Below, in pieces: positions 39,136 to 53,683 of a stretch of DNA of 64,000 nt. The translations under genes and the position numbers were made by a program. The stretch is from Octopus vulgaris (lineage: Eukaryota): NCBI GenBank assembly GCA_951406725.2, contig OX597836.1, positions 31,682,001 through 31,746,000 of the forward strand, in the 5' to 3' direction. Positions within the stretch are counted from its first letter, which is position 1. Every line of letters begins with the position of its first letter. The notes under the pieces are model-generated. The model saw nothing but the letters and a program-made list of their open reading frames with translations, searched no databases and was not told the DNA's origin.

Positions 39136-40185
39136 TCATATCTATAAAAGGGAGGATGTGTGTGCATGTGTGTGTGTGTGTACGTGATTGTAATTTATGC
39201 ACGTCCACAAATTAGCATGCATGTCGCTCCAATTTTAGGAGGACATTTGTCAACATCCTATCTAGGTTTTGTCAACTTATTTTTTTCCCCGAGGCACCCG
39301 TGGGTAGCGTAAATATCTATTTTCAGACGTAGCTTTTAGCCACAAAAAATATCAGCTTTAGCTTTTTTGATGGCGTCTAACAAAAAAACAAAAAAAAAGA
39401 TAAAGAAAAGTGGAAGAAGGAGGCAGAGAGTTTCAAGGGAAAGACAAAGTGAGAGAGGGAGAGACAGAGAGTAAATGACAACGTTCTTGCCAGCATCTAA
39501 CAAAATAATATAAGATAAAGAAATGTGGAAGAAGGAGGCAGTGAGTTTCACGGGAAAGACAAAGTGAGAGAGGGGGAGACAGAGAGAGTAAGTTATGACA
39601 TTCATAAAAATTAAAATGTAAATTGTTTTGTTTTTTGTTTTTGAAAGACACTATATTTTATAATCATAGTATATATACTTTAGTGAAAACTGCGAGTTTT
39701 AATCTACAAATTTAACAACATTTTTCCCATTCATTTCTGTTTCTGAACATGTATGCATGCACAAAACATGTAATAGGTGTACGTACGTACGCGTGTGTAT
39801 GTGTGTTCGTGTCCGTTGCCCATATATATTTATATTATATTATATATATATAATCATCATCATCATCATCATCATCGTTTAACGTCCGCTTTCCATGCTA
39901 GCATGGGTTGGACGGTTCAACTGGGGTCCGGCAAAACCCGAAGGCTGCACCAGGCCAGTCAGATCTGGCAGTGTTTCTACAGCTGGATGCCCTTCCTAAC
40001 GCCAACCACTCCGAGAGTGTAGTGGGTGATTTTATGTGCCACCGACACATATATGTAATATAACTAATTTCAACGGATTTCGCCCAAATTTGACGTCTAT
40101 ATTATTTAGTTTGGTTTGAAATAAAGAACTTGATTAGCTTAATAATCATAACTTAATCTCAGGCAAGGCCAGGTTATACTGCTAG
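39136..40185 (+). mobile_element. Probable non-autonomous Helitron
   Basis: 5' A|TC...TCTATAAAAG followed by a (TG)n tract; 3' GC-rich decayed hairpin (GGCAAGGCCAGG) then CTAG|T. Internal ~115-bp tandem duplication at 39370-39600 and a nested family-D element. Confidence 0.5.
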
Positions 40186-40655
40186 TATAAATATATAATA
40201 TATTATATTTTTTATTGTAGTATATATAATATACTGTGAGTAGATATGGTAGGTGGAAACAGAAAGAAGCCCATTGTGTATGTGTATGTGTGTGTGTTTG
40301 TTGGGTGTTGCTTGACTGCATGATAGTTGTAAATGAGTGCTACCACCATACAAGCAGAGTCCTTTGTTGTTTTCAGTCTTCTGTGAGGGCATGTCTGGTC
40401 ATGGTGGAAATATTACCCGACATGGAAGCAGGCCAGGGTTTGTGACAGAAAGGGCATCAGACTGCAGAGAAAATATGCTTCAATAAATCCTGTCTGACCT
40501 ATGTGGTGAGCATGGAAAAGTGACTATTAAAATGATGACGAAGATAATTTAAATGCTACAGGACCTCCTGAACTACCTTACATGCATAACCACCCATGCA
40601 CAAAACATATATATACATATGTACACAGACACACACCCTCACATTTACACATACA

Positions 40656-41450
40656 TACAGGGTGTAAGGGGAATCTGTAAACATTTAATTATCAGTATTT
40701 GAAACTAATAAATGGCTTTTAAAATTCCTTTCAGATTCTCCCATGGCAGAAAATATGCTAACATGTAAAATGAAAAGACATGCAATCATTGCCAGTGCCA
40801 CAGGTGGCACATAAAAAGCACCATTTGAGGATGGCCATTGCCAGTACCGCCAGAATGGCCCTCGTGCTGGTGGGACATAAAAGCACCCACTACACTCTTG
40901 GAGTGGTTGGCGTTAGGAAGGGCATCCAGCTGTAGAAACTCTGCCTGATCAGATTGGAGCCTGGTGCAGCCATCTGGTTTGCCAGACCTCAGTCAAATCG
41001 TCCAACCCATGCTAGCATAGAAAGCGGACATTAAACGATGATGATGATGATGATGATGATGTGCAGAACATAGTATTTTAGATCCTTTGTACACGAAGTT
41101 TGAATGGAATTGGAAACCTCTAGCAGGAATGTTTCAACTGCATTACAAAAAGATAAGCATTTTAAATGTTTGGAGACTATAATGACACCACATTTCCTCC
41201 AGCAGGTTCAAAACATTATCAATGATGAGCCAGGAAAATCTGTGTGGGCCATTGCCAAAGAACTTCAAGCATTGGAGTGGACCATCAGAATTGTGATACA
41301 CAAGGACATCCTATATAAGCCGCATGTATTGAGAAGAGGCCAATTCATGCTTGCAAACACACAAGAAATCCATTTGATCCATGCCAAGCAGTTACTTAAC
41401 AGGGTTAAAAAAAACCCATGAACAAGGCATACTTTGGTTCTTCTCTGATA
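40656..41450 (+). mobile_element. Decayed Tc1/mariner element, 5' half, with inserted family-D element (~40790-41060)
   Basis: TA-CAGGGTG terminus. ORF 41104-41421 (IINDEPGKSVWAIAKELQ..WTIRIVIHKDILYK) is an HTH-type transposase N-terminal segment. Confidence 0.65.
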
Positions 41451-42110
41451 AGAAAACTCTGACCTGCTAGGTCTTATAAAACCCTCCAACCCATGCTAGC
41501 ATGGAATATAGACAATAAATGATGATGAAGTATATCAACAAAAACAAAACAGGAGAGGTTGTCCGTAAAATATTTAGTTACTGCATTTTATGCATTTCAT
41601 TAACAATGGAAAAAAAAGCCAGTTAGATAAAGAAAAACTCAAAAGAAAATTGCTTGTCAAATCTTCAGAGATTGCATAACACTCATTAGTAACCTTTAGT
41701 ATTCATACTGGACTGTGGACAGTGTTTTAGTATCAGCTAACACAAAATATAGAATTAGCTTCTATATGTCTTAGTATAGTAAATAAAAAAACTATTTGTG
41801 TTGCAATTATGTCTATGAAAAGAGAAGATATGTAGGCAAAGCTATCATGTTTCAGAGATCACAGCATGATATCAATTTGATTTATCATTTGTGTAAGCTG
41901 TTAAGCTGTTAATGACTTTCTATGCTCAAAGACACATGTTAGTGTACGCTCATACACACTAATGTACATATATTCTCAAATGCATATGTATCACAAATTT
42001 ATAAACACTCCTAGCATACAAATAGCGACACTTACAAAGCCACACACATACATATAAACACACACACACACACACACATACACATACTTATACACACACA
42101 CACTTATACA

Positions 42111-42151
<41 letters not shown>

Positions 42152-43149
42152 TCATAATTTATATACACATGCATACATACATATATATATAATATGTATA
42201 TACTTTATACACATGGAGCTCTGCCTAAATACCAATGTTGAGAAATTAGGCATCTCAAAACAAGAAAGGAGAAAGCTAATTTGAAGAGCACAGATCCAAT
42301 CCATCACTGGAACAGTACAAAATCTGTAAAACTTTCCAGGTGCTTATCATATAAGTATATATGAGCATATCTAGATATGCAACTATGTGTATGAGAATAT
42401 AAACATAAAACAAAACATACAAATCTGCATATATACATACATACATACATGCATACATATGTGTGTATATATATATATACTTATATACACACATACAGAC
42501 ACATACTTACACACTCATGCACACACAAACACACACACACACATATATATACACACATTTATACACTCATATATATACTTACATACACATACATATATAT
42601 ACTTATATACACGCACATCCTTACATACACATAAATACACATATACATGCTTATATACACACACATATATACATAAACACACACACTTACACACACACAT
42701 ACTCACACACACACATACTCATATACATATGCCTACACACACACATACGCATACATAATATACAAGGGTCAGACAAAATAATGGAAACACCCTGTTAAAT
42801 GGTAGCTTTATTATCTAATGTGAAGTTGGTCTACTTAATATAAATCACAGCTTTATATTAAGGAATCGACTCATGCAAGTTCTGAATAGTTGTTAGGGGA
42901 ATTCTAAGCCACCCTTCAAGCAAAACCTGCCTTGGTTATTTCAGTGATCATAGCGGAAAGAAGCAGCCCCTCAATTACTGCACTAAAATGCCCCATAAAT
43001 ATTTGATTATACAGAGGCCCAGTGATTGTAAGGGACCAATCCAAGTGACCCTCTTCACATTCAGGCACTTAGTGCTAATTCTGAATAACAATAGTCATGT
43101 GAATTAGTGCATTATTGTTCTTGAAGACTATGCTACCATTAAGGAACAA

Positions 43150-43364
43150 TATGAAGGGGTGCTGAAAAGTTCCTAGCTTTAAGGGTATCACGAAAGGCTT
43201 GGTTGGAGGCCCAACCTTCTGAGCTCTTTTACAGGGCTTAGAAAATCCGAAAGAATGCTGCAATAAGTGTGTGTATCTGAGAGGGGAATATGTTTATTAA
43301 AATCATAATTAACTGATCCTCCTGTATTTTCTTTTACCCAAAGCCAGGAAAATTTCAGCACTCC

Positions 43365-43370
<6 letters not shown>
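43150..43370. mobile_element. Mariner-type MITE; second copy with internal duplication at ~44008-44330
   Basis: TIRs TATGAAGGGGTGCTGAAAAGTTCC / GGAAAATTTCAGCACTCCCTCATA with TA ends. A Tc1-like fragment lies just before it (~42760-43140). Confidence 0.75.
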
Positions 43371-43400
<30 letters not shown>

Positions 43401-43611
43401 TAATGAAATGGATAAATGAATTATCTTGTTACGGATTATTCAAAATTTAACTGATACCTGTGTAGCAAAAATCACACCAGAAAAGACACAGTTGAGGTTA
43501 CGACCATGGGGTTTCGCCCCCGTGCTTTAGCGCGGATAATTGAAGTTTTATATATTTAGTGAAGGGAAGAAATGGAGCCGAACGAAGATTCTACAAAATT
43601 CCTTTTTATTA

Positions 43612-43695
43612 TTTTCTACACATGTTTCAAAGGCTGCAAATTCCCAAATTCGGATTGAATAAGGAGACCATTCTGCAGCTTTCTCTTCAGGAAAA
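43612..43695 (-). ncRNA. Hammerhead ribozyme motif with long stem II
   Basis: Minus strand: TTTTC-CTGAAGA-GAAAGCTGCAGA...TTTGCAGCCTTT-GAAAC ATGT GTA-GAAAA. Canonical core, GUA cleavage triplet, perfect 5-bp stem I. Confidence 0.65.
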
Positions 43696-45176
43696 TCCAG
43701 GAATTTAAAATCTCAAAACAAATGCGCAGCCCATGGTAAAAATGGCACAAAACTGTCTCTCAATATGCGCTGACATCATATATATAAATAAGGATAAGAT
43801 CGTTAATTTAAATTAAATATCGATCTTATCAAGTGGCCAGCATGGAAATAAAAACCTTCAAAGGTAATAATTATTATTAAAATTATATTTCTACGAAATA
43901 CCGCCATGCTGAAAATAGCAGCCAAAACCTGACTCTAAAACCACATTAAATGTTCATACAGCACAAGGAGAGAAGACCAAAAGACAAAATAAAACTACTA
44001 AAAAATTACAAAGGGTTCCGGAAAGTTCCTAGCTTTAAGGGTGTCATGAAAAGCCTGGCTGGAAACACAACCTTCTGAGTTCTTTTACAAGGCTTAGAAA
44101 GTTGAAAGGATTACTGAAATAAGTGTGTGAATCTGAGAGGGGAATATCACGAAAGGCTTGGTTGGAGGCCCAACCTTCTGAGCTCTTTTACAGGGCTTAG
44201 AAAATCCGAAAGAATGCTGCAATAAGTGTGTGTATCTGAGAGGGGAATATGTTTATTAAAATCATAATTAACTGATTCGCCTGTATTTTCTTTTACCCAA
44301 AGCCAGGAACTTTTCAGTATTCCATCGTATTTCTGTCAGATGAACATGAGTAGCCAAAATATTCAGATAATCCTTTGAGCTAACTTTGCAACATAGAATA
44401 ACCAAAGGTTCACTTCCAGGATAAAGCTGCCCAAATCATCTCAGAAGCACCTCTGTTCTTCACTGTAGGGGCCAAACAGCCAGAATTGAAGGTTTCTTTA
44501 GGCTGTCTCCAATAATAAACTTGCTCCAAAGTAGGAAAAAGAGTGAGTAATGGCTCATCATGAAAGACACTATGGTTCCTTTGAGACATTGACCATTTGT
44601 AGACACCATTTTTTTTCTTTATTTATCAATGTTTACGAAGAACAGGAGAGGTTTAGCAATTTCTGCTTTCCCATGATATCCAGCTTTATGAAGCTAATGA
44701 TGAATGGTTTTGGTTAACATGAGCAAGGTGATGGTTTAATTCTGTGGTAAAATTTGCATTTACTGCTTTAGTTTGATGGTTTTGAAACAATATATTTCAC
44801 TATTTCTATAGGCCATTTCACTGAGCTTTGCTTTCTGTCCACAATTAAGCTTGTCAGAGCTGGTTTTTCTTGTATACCACCTGTCTTTATTTTTTTGCCA
44901 TTCTTATTTGCAATTTTTTTTTTTCATTTATCATTTCTGTATTTTTTTTTATATTTCCATTTCTATTTTTATATCTCTTTAACTCTTGATTTTTGTTCTA
45001 ATCACTATTCCTTACCCTTTTATCCTTTTCATAATTATTTATATTGTTACGTATGACTTCTTTCATTATTTGTTGTTTGTATGAGCATGGTTCTACTGTA
45101 TATAACATTATTTTCACCTGCCTTTACCTTTTGATGTCTTCATCTGAAAAAATGGTTATACACATACATATATATA

Positions 45177-45214
<38 letters not shown>

Positions 45215-45361
45215 TACATACATATATACACACATACATACATACATATATATACATATATACAGAGTGCGTAAGATATTTGAGGACACTTTTATGTTTA
45301 TAAAAAACAAATATATAATAACAGATAACTTTATCAAAAATGCTATGAGAATAAAAATAGA

Positions 45362-45423
<62 letters not shown>

Positions 45424-46398
45424 ATCTATATATAGTGAAAAGCTTCATTGGAAGGATTTTTCCCCCACATGGTCAGTTGTATTAAAAAAACTATAAAAGA
45501 AGGAAAATGCACAGAGTGTATGTATTTTTTAAGTGATAAAATATTTACACAGTCAACCGGTTTCCCTTTTGCTAATCATGACTAAGAAATTAATGAAAAT
45601 ATTACAATTTCATGGATTCATAAGAAGTTCTTAGTCCAGGTTAGTAGCAAGAAAGTTGTTTCATAACTGAATCAGTACACACCCACTCATATGCGTGTAA
45701 AATGCAATAGTGCTTCACGCACACATATAACATACACTAGACAGTGTAAACAACAACTAAGTCGCTTTAGGAAAGTGGACGTGCTGTTTTGTCAACAAGA
45801 AATGGGTGACTTAAGCCAAGAAGAAGAGAAATTGCCTCTTTTGTCATCCTACTTCTGCTTGTCATTGTCATCATTATTATCATTGTCCTTTTTAAACATT
45901 GTTATCTTTACATCTGTATTGTTACTATTGTCATTGGCATCACTATTGTCATGGTTATCCTCAGACATTATCAATGTCATGTCATTCTTATCATAACTCT
46001 TATAACTATCACCATGACCATCATCATCAGCAGTAATATTGTCATCATCTTCATTCTCATTGCCATCCCCTTTTTTTTTTATTCTTTTATTCTTTTATCT
46101 GTTTCAGTCATTTGACAGTGGCCATGCTGGAGCACTGCCTTTAGTCAAACAAATCGAAATCTCCAGGACATATTTTTGTAAGCCTAGTAGTTATTCCATC
46201 TGTTGCTTTTGCCGAACTGGTTGCCAAGCAATGGCGTTGAGGGGACAAACACAGACACACAAACTTATACATAATAATAATAACAATAATAATAGTTGTT
46301 TGGGATTTCAGTCTCAAGCCAAAATCTTTCGATTAAATCTTTCAGTTATTCATCCACCAACACCATGTAGGTTATTCACTTTCTTATCTGTTACTTAC

Positions 46399-46429
<31 letters not shown>

Positions 46430-46514
46430 AGTGTGTGTGTAAAAGAGACGAGGAATTGGTCTGACACTAATAATAAATATCGCTAATATGAAAGCAAGGT
46501 AGACAACTTCTTAC

Positions 46515-46623
46515 CGTGATCGGACACTATTATGATGTTTACTGAAGTGAGAAGCTTCAAAGACCGAAGTTGATCCACGAGGACTTGTAGGGTGTCATCA
46601 ATATCTTTTATTGTGTCATTAAC
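46515..46623 (-). CDS. ENPP: ENPP-family exon (109 nt; VNDTIKDIDDTLQVLVDQLRSLKLLTSVNIIIVSDH[G])
   Basis: ttcaag|GTT...CACG|gtaaga. Carries the alkaline-phosphatase-superfamily/NPP NIIIVSDHG motif. Phase 0 to 1. Confidence 0.93.
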
Positions 46624-46784
46624 CTTGAAATAAAACAAAATCAATATTTCAAAAATATATATACGCATACGAACAAACACACATAACTTTTACTTGTTTC
46701 ACTCATTGGATGGCAGCCATCTCAGACTATCACCTTGAAAGGTTTAGTCAAACAAATCAACCCTAGTATTTATTTTCTTTATAT

Positions 46785-46915
46785 CTATCTATCCTTATGT
46801 CTGTCTGTCAGTCTATCTATCTATCTATCTGTCTGTGTATCTAACTGTCTGTCTATCTGCCTATCTATCTATCTATCTATCTATCTATTTATCTATCTAT
46901 CTATCTGTATGTCTG

Positions 46916-47003
<88 letters not shown>

Positions 47004-47059
47004 TTATCTATCTATCTATCTGTCTGTGTATCTAACTGTCTGTCTATCTGCCTGTATGT

Positions 47060-47149
<90 letters not shown>

Positions 47150-47187
47150 GTCTGTGTATCTAACTGTCTGTCTATCTGCCTGTATGT

Positions 47188-47228
<41 letters not shown>
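46785..47228. repeat. (TATC)n tetranucleotide microsatellite with internal duplications
   Basis: Directly visible. Other simple repeats: (TA)n/(CA)n at 9290-9820, 20865-21360 and 33150-33630; (AAT)n at 55565-55776 and 60795-60925; (AAT)/(GAT)n at 60264-60455. Confidence 0.92.
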
Positions 47229-47554
47229 ATGTTGTTCCAGTCAACTCAGTTGTAAATGGGTAATCCTGTGACAGACTAGCCTTCCAATCAAGAGGTAATG
47301 ATAGCCTGCTTGCTTAGTCAGCAGTGGCATCATTTGAAAAACTAACTCAATGTGAAGAGCATTGTGACCAGCGATGTATAACAAGACCAGATAGTCTGAT
47401 TGATCATGTGATTATATATATATATGTATATATATGTATGTGTGTATATGTGTGTATATATATATATACACACATATGTATATATGTGTATTCATATTTG
47501 TATATAAACTTCAGTAACACAAAGTTTGATAAAATTTATGTGATGGTCCACATT

Positions 47555-47601
<47 letters not shown>

Positions 47602-47819
47602 ACAAACACAAATACACACACACATACACACCAATAATCTTCTCTGTTCACTGTATTATGGATTATTCACTCAAGAAAATGAAAAAAAAAAAGCCTTCCA
47701 ATACGCTGACAAGAAGAAAATAACTTAGTAATAATAGTATACCGTTGAGAGTAGGTGTTAAAATCTATTTGGTACATGTTGAATTATTCATAAGGTGGTA
47801 AAAGGTAATTAATTTTCAA

Positions 47820-49060
47820 GGTGTAGGAGTGACTGTGTGGTAAGTAGCTTGCTTACCAACCACATGGTTCTGGGTTCAGTCCCACTGCATGGCACCTTGG
47901 ACAAGTGTCTTCTACTATAGCCTTGGGTCGACCAAAGCCTTGTGAGTGAATTTGGTAGACAGAAACTGAAAGAAGCCCGTCGTATACATATATATGTATG
48001 TATGTGTATATGTTTGTGTGTCTGTGTTTGTCCCCCCCCCCAACATCACTTGACAACTCATGACTAAGAAATTAACGAAAATATTACAAATTCATGGATT
48101 CATAAGAAGTTCTTAGTCCAGGTTAGTAGCAAGAAAGTTGTTTCATAAATGAATCAGTACACACTCACTCATACGCGTCACTTAGCGGTTTGGCAAAAGA
48201 CACCGATAGAATAAGTACTAGGCTTACAAAGAATAAGTCCTGGGGTTGATTTGCTCAATTAAAGGCAGTGCCCCAGCATGGCTGCAGTCAAATGACTGAA
48301 ACAAGTAAAAGAATAAAAGAATAATGCTTTCATTAGAATCCTTTGAGCATTGGAAAAAATGACCTGCAGTATATATTCCAGCTCTTTACATTCTGGGTTC
48401 AAATCCTGGTGAGGGATTGATAAAATAAAATAGGCATTGCTGTGTGGTTACGAAGGTTATTTTGCAGCCATGTAGTTTGGGGTTCTGTCTCACTGTGTGG
48501 TACCTTGAGCAAGTATCTTCTATTACAGCCCTGGCTCGACCAAAGCCTTGAGAGTGGATTTGGTAAGAAACCAAAAGAAGCCCATCATGTGTGTGTATGT
48601 GTGTGTGTGTGTATATGTGTGAGTATGTGTGTTTGTGCTCCACTGTCATTTGGCAACTGTTGGTTTAATTATGTCTCTGTAACTTAGTAGTTCAGCAAAA
48701 GAGACTGTTAAAATAAAAACAAGGCTTAAAAAATAAGTATTGGGGTCGATTTGTTTGATTAAAACCCTTCAAGATGGTGCTCCAGCATGGCTGCGGTTCA
48801 GTGACTGAAGTAAGTAAAAGATGTGTATGTGTGTGCATGTATATATATTCTTTTACCTGTTTCAGTCATTTACTGCGGGCATGCTGGAGCACCGCCTTTA
48901 GTCGAGCAAATCGATCCCAGAACTTATTCTTTGTAAGCCTAGAACTCATTCTATCGGTCTCTTTTGCCAAACTGCTAAGTTACAGGGATGTAAGCACACC
49001 AGCATCGGTTGTCAAGTAATGTTGGAGGAGATAAACAGGCACACAAACATATACATACAA

Positions 49061-49122
<62 letters not shown>

Positions 49123-49170
49123 TCTTTTAGTTTCCGTCTACCAAATCCACTCACAACAAGGCTTTGGTCG
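47820..49170. mobile_element. Cluster of three family-A SINEs (47820-48322 +, 48432-48820 +, 48848-49170 -)
   Basis: Family-A modules; the last two copies are tail-to-tail. Confidence 0.82.
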
Positions 49171-51461
49171 ATGACAATCAATGTTGATTTGTTTACATCC
49201 CTGCAGCATAATTATTTGTCGAAAGAGACCAATATGATAAGACGCAAATTAAAGTAAAAAAGGAGTACTGGAGTTAATTTTAGTGCTCCAGCATGACCAG
49301 AGTCCTCCAAATGAAACAAGCAAACAATAAAAAATACCACAAATGTTCTGAAGCTGATAGTTTCTAACCTTATCCTCTCAGAAATGCTGGCCTTGTATCA
49401 TTATTTTTAAGCATTGACAGTTTAAGGAATTTCAATTGGTAGTGCCAATCTCTTGGCACATTTACAGAGTGTATTGGGTACTTGTACATGACACTGGCAT
49501 GGTTGTTCTTTACATGGTATTAGTATGGATACTCTCTTTGTGACACTGGTAAGGGTGCTCTTTTATGTGGGTGCTTTTTACACGGCATCTGCACAGGATG
49601 TGGCACTAGCATATATATATATATATATATTTTTTTTTTTTATTTTGTACTTGTTTCAGTCATTTGACTGCGGCCATGCTGGAGCACCGCCTTTAGAGTG
49701 GTGAAAGAGTACAGCAGGGATCACCACCTCCTGCCGGAGCCTCGTGGAGCTTTTAGGTGTTTTTTCGCTCAATAAACACACACAACGCCCGGTCTGGGAA
49801 TCGAAACCGCGATCCTCTGACCGCAAGTCCGCTGCCCTAACCACTAGGCCATTGCGCCTCCTTATATATATATAAATGAAATCTATTTTATTCTAAATTT
49901 ATTTAATAAACATTAATTTGCTTGCCTATTTGTTGAGAACACAGTAATAAACTGGAAAAAATATCAATATAATTATGCCAGACTGGTCCATTAAACTTTT
50001 AACATCTTAATTAATTTTGCTCTACGACAATTTTATTGTCTACACCAGTTACAGAAGTCTAAGCCAGTATTATGTTTTACATCTTGTCACTTGTTAAAGA
50101 AAGCTAAAATAGTTGCAATTAAAAGTATTTTCCAGAAGTAATGAGTAAAATTTGACCTATGAGACATTTTTAAAATCTATTTTGAACCAATAATATTTAC
50201 TGAGGAAAAGATTAATTCTAGATAAAAACGGCAATTTCACTTTCTGTCTGCACAAGTTGTTATTTCATCATCATCATCATCATCATCACCATTTGTGACC
50301 CTTCCTGTTACTAATCCTTGCCTGCTACCATGCAAGGCAGTGTTTCTCAACCTTTTTACCCTTGTGTAACCCTTAAAATAAATTACATGTTTCAAGGAAC
50401 CCCTGCACGAAAAATATTATACACTATATCTTACTCATACTTTTTCCATCATAGTTCACATGGTAAATATCATATATATACATATATATAATTATATCAT
50501 CATCATCAACATCATCATCATCATCATCATTGTTTAATGTCCACATTCCCTGCTGGCATGGGCTGGACAGTTTGACTGACGATTGACAAGCCAGAGGCTG
50601 CACCGGCTCCAATCTGAGCTGGCAAGGTTTCTACAGCAGGATGCCCTTCTTAGTACCAACCACTCCGAGAGTGTAGTGGGTGCTTTTTACGTGCCACCAG
50701 CATGAGGGCCAGTCAGGTGATACTAGCATTGACCATGCTTGAATGGTGCTTTTTATGTGCCACTGGCACGTGAGCCAGTACAGTGGGACTGGCATTGACC
50801 ACACTCGAATGTGCTTTTTATTGTGATCTCTACGTACAGGCTAGTCCTTTACAGGTGCAGGTGCCACATGAAATGCACTCGTGATGGTGCTGCATAAGTA
50901 TATTGGTGCCAGTGGCATGTTCAAAACATCTGACACACCCTGTAAAGAGGTTGGCGTTAGGAAGGACATACAGCCATAGAAACCATACCACAACAAGCAG
51001 CTTGAGTTTGGCCAGCTCCTGCCAAACCTATTTCTTTATTACCTACAAGGGGCTAAACACATAGGGGACAAACAAGGACAGACATAGGTATTAAGTCGAT
51101 TACATCGACCCCAGTGTGTAACTGGTACTTAATTTATCGACCCCGAAAGGATGAAAGGCAAAGTCGACCTCGGCGGAATTTGAACTCACAACGTAACGCA
51201 GACGAAATACCGCTAAGCATTTCGCCCGGCGTGCTAACGTTTCTGCCAGCTGCCAGCTCCTGCCAAACCGTCCAACCCATGCCAGCATGAACAAGAGGCA
51301 TTAAAGGATGATGATGATCACACACACACACACACACACACACAGGCAGACACACACACGAGTAAGCCCATAGATGCAAAAGAAGGTGGAAAAAAATAGT
51401 ACTCGAATACCAAAGGTAGAGTAATATGCTATTTATTAAAGTGGGAAAAAATCTCCACAAA

Positions 51462-51500
51462 CTTTTACTAAGAGTTTCACACGATTGTTCATCAGGCAAT
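51462..51500 (-). ncRNA. Degenerate hammerhead motif
   Basis: Minus strand: CTGATGA-ACA atcg TGT-GAAACT ctt AGTA. Core and stems II/III are present; stem I does not pair. Confidence 0.4.
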
Positions 51501-53683
51501 TTCAATAATACTTTCTTATATGAGTCTTTGATGCTATTATAGAGAAATCAGTCGTAGAAGTTAACATATATATATTTAGTTTCTGTCTGCCAAATTTATT
51601 TCAGAAATTTTGATGGCTATAGTCAAAGACACTTTCCCAAAGTGCTGTGCAGTGGGACTGAACTCAAGACCACATTGTTAGGAAAAAGCTTCATAACCAA
51701 CTTACAATTCACTGAAATTGCCGTGTTCTTGTTAACCTTCTAATACAATCCAGTTTCTTAGTATGAATTTTTATTTCCTTTCAGTTTCATTCAATTTCAT
51801 TTGGTGATAGAATGGTTAAAGTTTAAAGAGCTTCTTGTGTTGTGTATCTAAATGGTTGCAATTTCTAGTCTGAGAATGGACCGACTGTGGAGGGTGAATT
51901 TGCTATGTTGTATGATATTTTCTAACAAAGCTATGAAACTAAGCTGATTGCAAGAACAACTTGTTACAGAACATACAAAAGAGACAGACAAGCCTCATGA
52001 ATACATTCAATAATAGTACAAAAGATTTAATAATTGTTCTTCAATAACTGCACCATTGAAGAAAGAAAACTTAAAGGAAAAATTTGGATTAAATGCAGTT
52101 TATTGTCCATCACAGTTAACCATAAACAGTGGGAGAAGTTTTGATAATACCTTCTTTCAAAGAATTTATTTCAACACTTATACATCAAGATCCAACTGAA
52201 TTTATAAAAACATTAGCTCCTGGCAATAATATAGTATAGCAGTGTATTGATGAAATGATTGTTAACATTGAAAATCAATTCATAGCTATTCTTCAAAAAC
52301 TCTCTATGCTCTGTGCAGTTGAATGAGTCTACAATTGCAGAAAATAATGCTTTATTAATGGAAATGTCCTTTGATGAAAGCAGTTCATTGTAAGAAGAAA
52401 TACTATTCACTTTAAATCTTTGAAATTTTAAAACAAAAGGATTTTCAGTGTTTACTGCAAATAATAATAATTCAAGCATATTTGAACTGGTACCGAGTTT
52501 GTGTTCATACACGTCATTGTTTAGTGCTGTCACCTGTATTTTATTTATGGTGAGCCACTGAACAGTGCAACCAATCATCGAACAGTGATGGGAATATTAT
52601 AAGTGGGACCTGTCTCTTGTATCAGCATGCAGCATTTACCTTTCCGGTGTCTGTTGCTGAAGAGGAGATAACTACTAAATGTTTTATGCATTCATTATGC
52701 AGTACATAAACATCTTGTTGCAAAAAAGAAGGGGGAATACACACAAGTTGGGTTTCCTTCAGTTTTCCTCCACTAAATCTACTCACAAGGCTTAGGTTGG
52801 CCAGAAGCTATAGCAGAGGATACTTGCCATCCAAGGTGCCATGCAGAGGAACTGAGCTCAGAACCAGAACCTTGCAGTTGGGAAACAGACTTCTTACCAT
52901 GCAATCATGCTTTCTTCCTTGTTCCTTGATTTAAAATTTCAAACTTCAAATCCTGCCAAAAATCATTTAGAAATGATTATCTCCCTTACACTAATTGGCC
53001 ACCAGGGGACACTACGTATTTCAGTACAAGTATTCTTTTATCACTAAATTATAATTATCATGGCTATAAATAATGAATTTAATAAAATACCATACAAGAA
53101 ATGATAGGATGTTTTGACAGCTGTATCAAGATAATAACGATCAATTGATTAAGTCACTATCAGAAGTTTGATGGCTGTCAAAAGGGGAGGCACATAATTG
53201 CGACATTTTGTCAAATTATATAACAGCAGAATAGAATCTTTTTGATTTTTTTTTTATAAATGAAAAAAATTTTGGATTCTTGTCATTAGTTAAAAACAAT
53301 GTAATTAGTTAAAATAAAGTACCAGCCACTTAGTTCTTTTTTTTCTTTTTGATTTGTTCATTTTATTAAGAACATATTTTTACGGGAAGAAAAGAAAGAA
53401 ATGTTAAAAATATATGAGATTAAATTATCGAGAAAAAGCCAGCATAACTATGTCACCAAGGAAACAGAAAAAGAAAAGAGGTGGGAGTAATTAACAGTAG
53501 AAGATGGTGGGGACAGAGTAACAGGTTGTGCACCCCAGAACAAATGGCATGTTTAGCCACACCTCGGTGATATGATAGATTGCAAAAGCATTGCCATGGA
53601 GAATGCCCTGTGACATCCAGTGCAATTGCCACTCCCCCTCGTAGGGCTCATTTTTCAAATGGGTCACTGTTATCCTGATTTCG

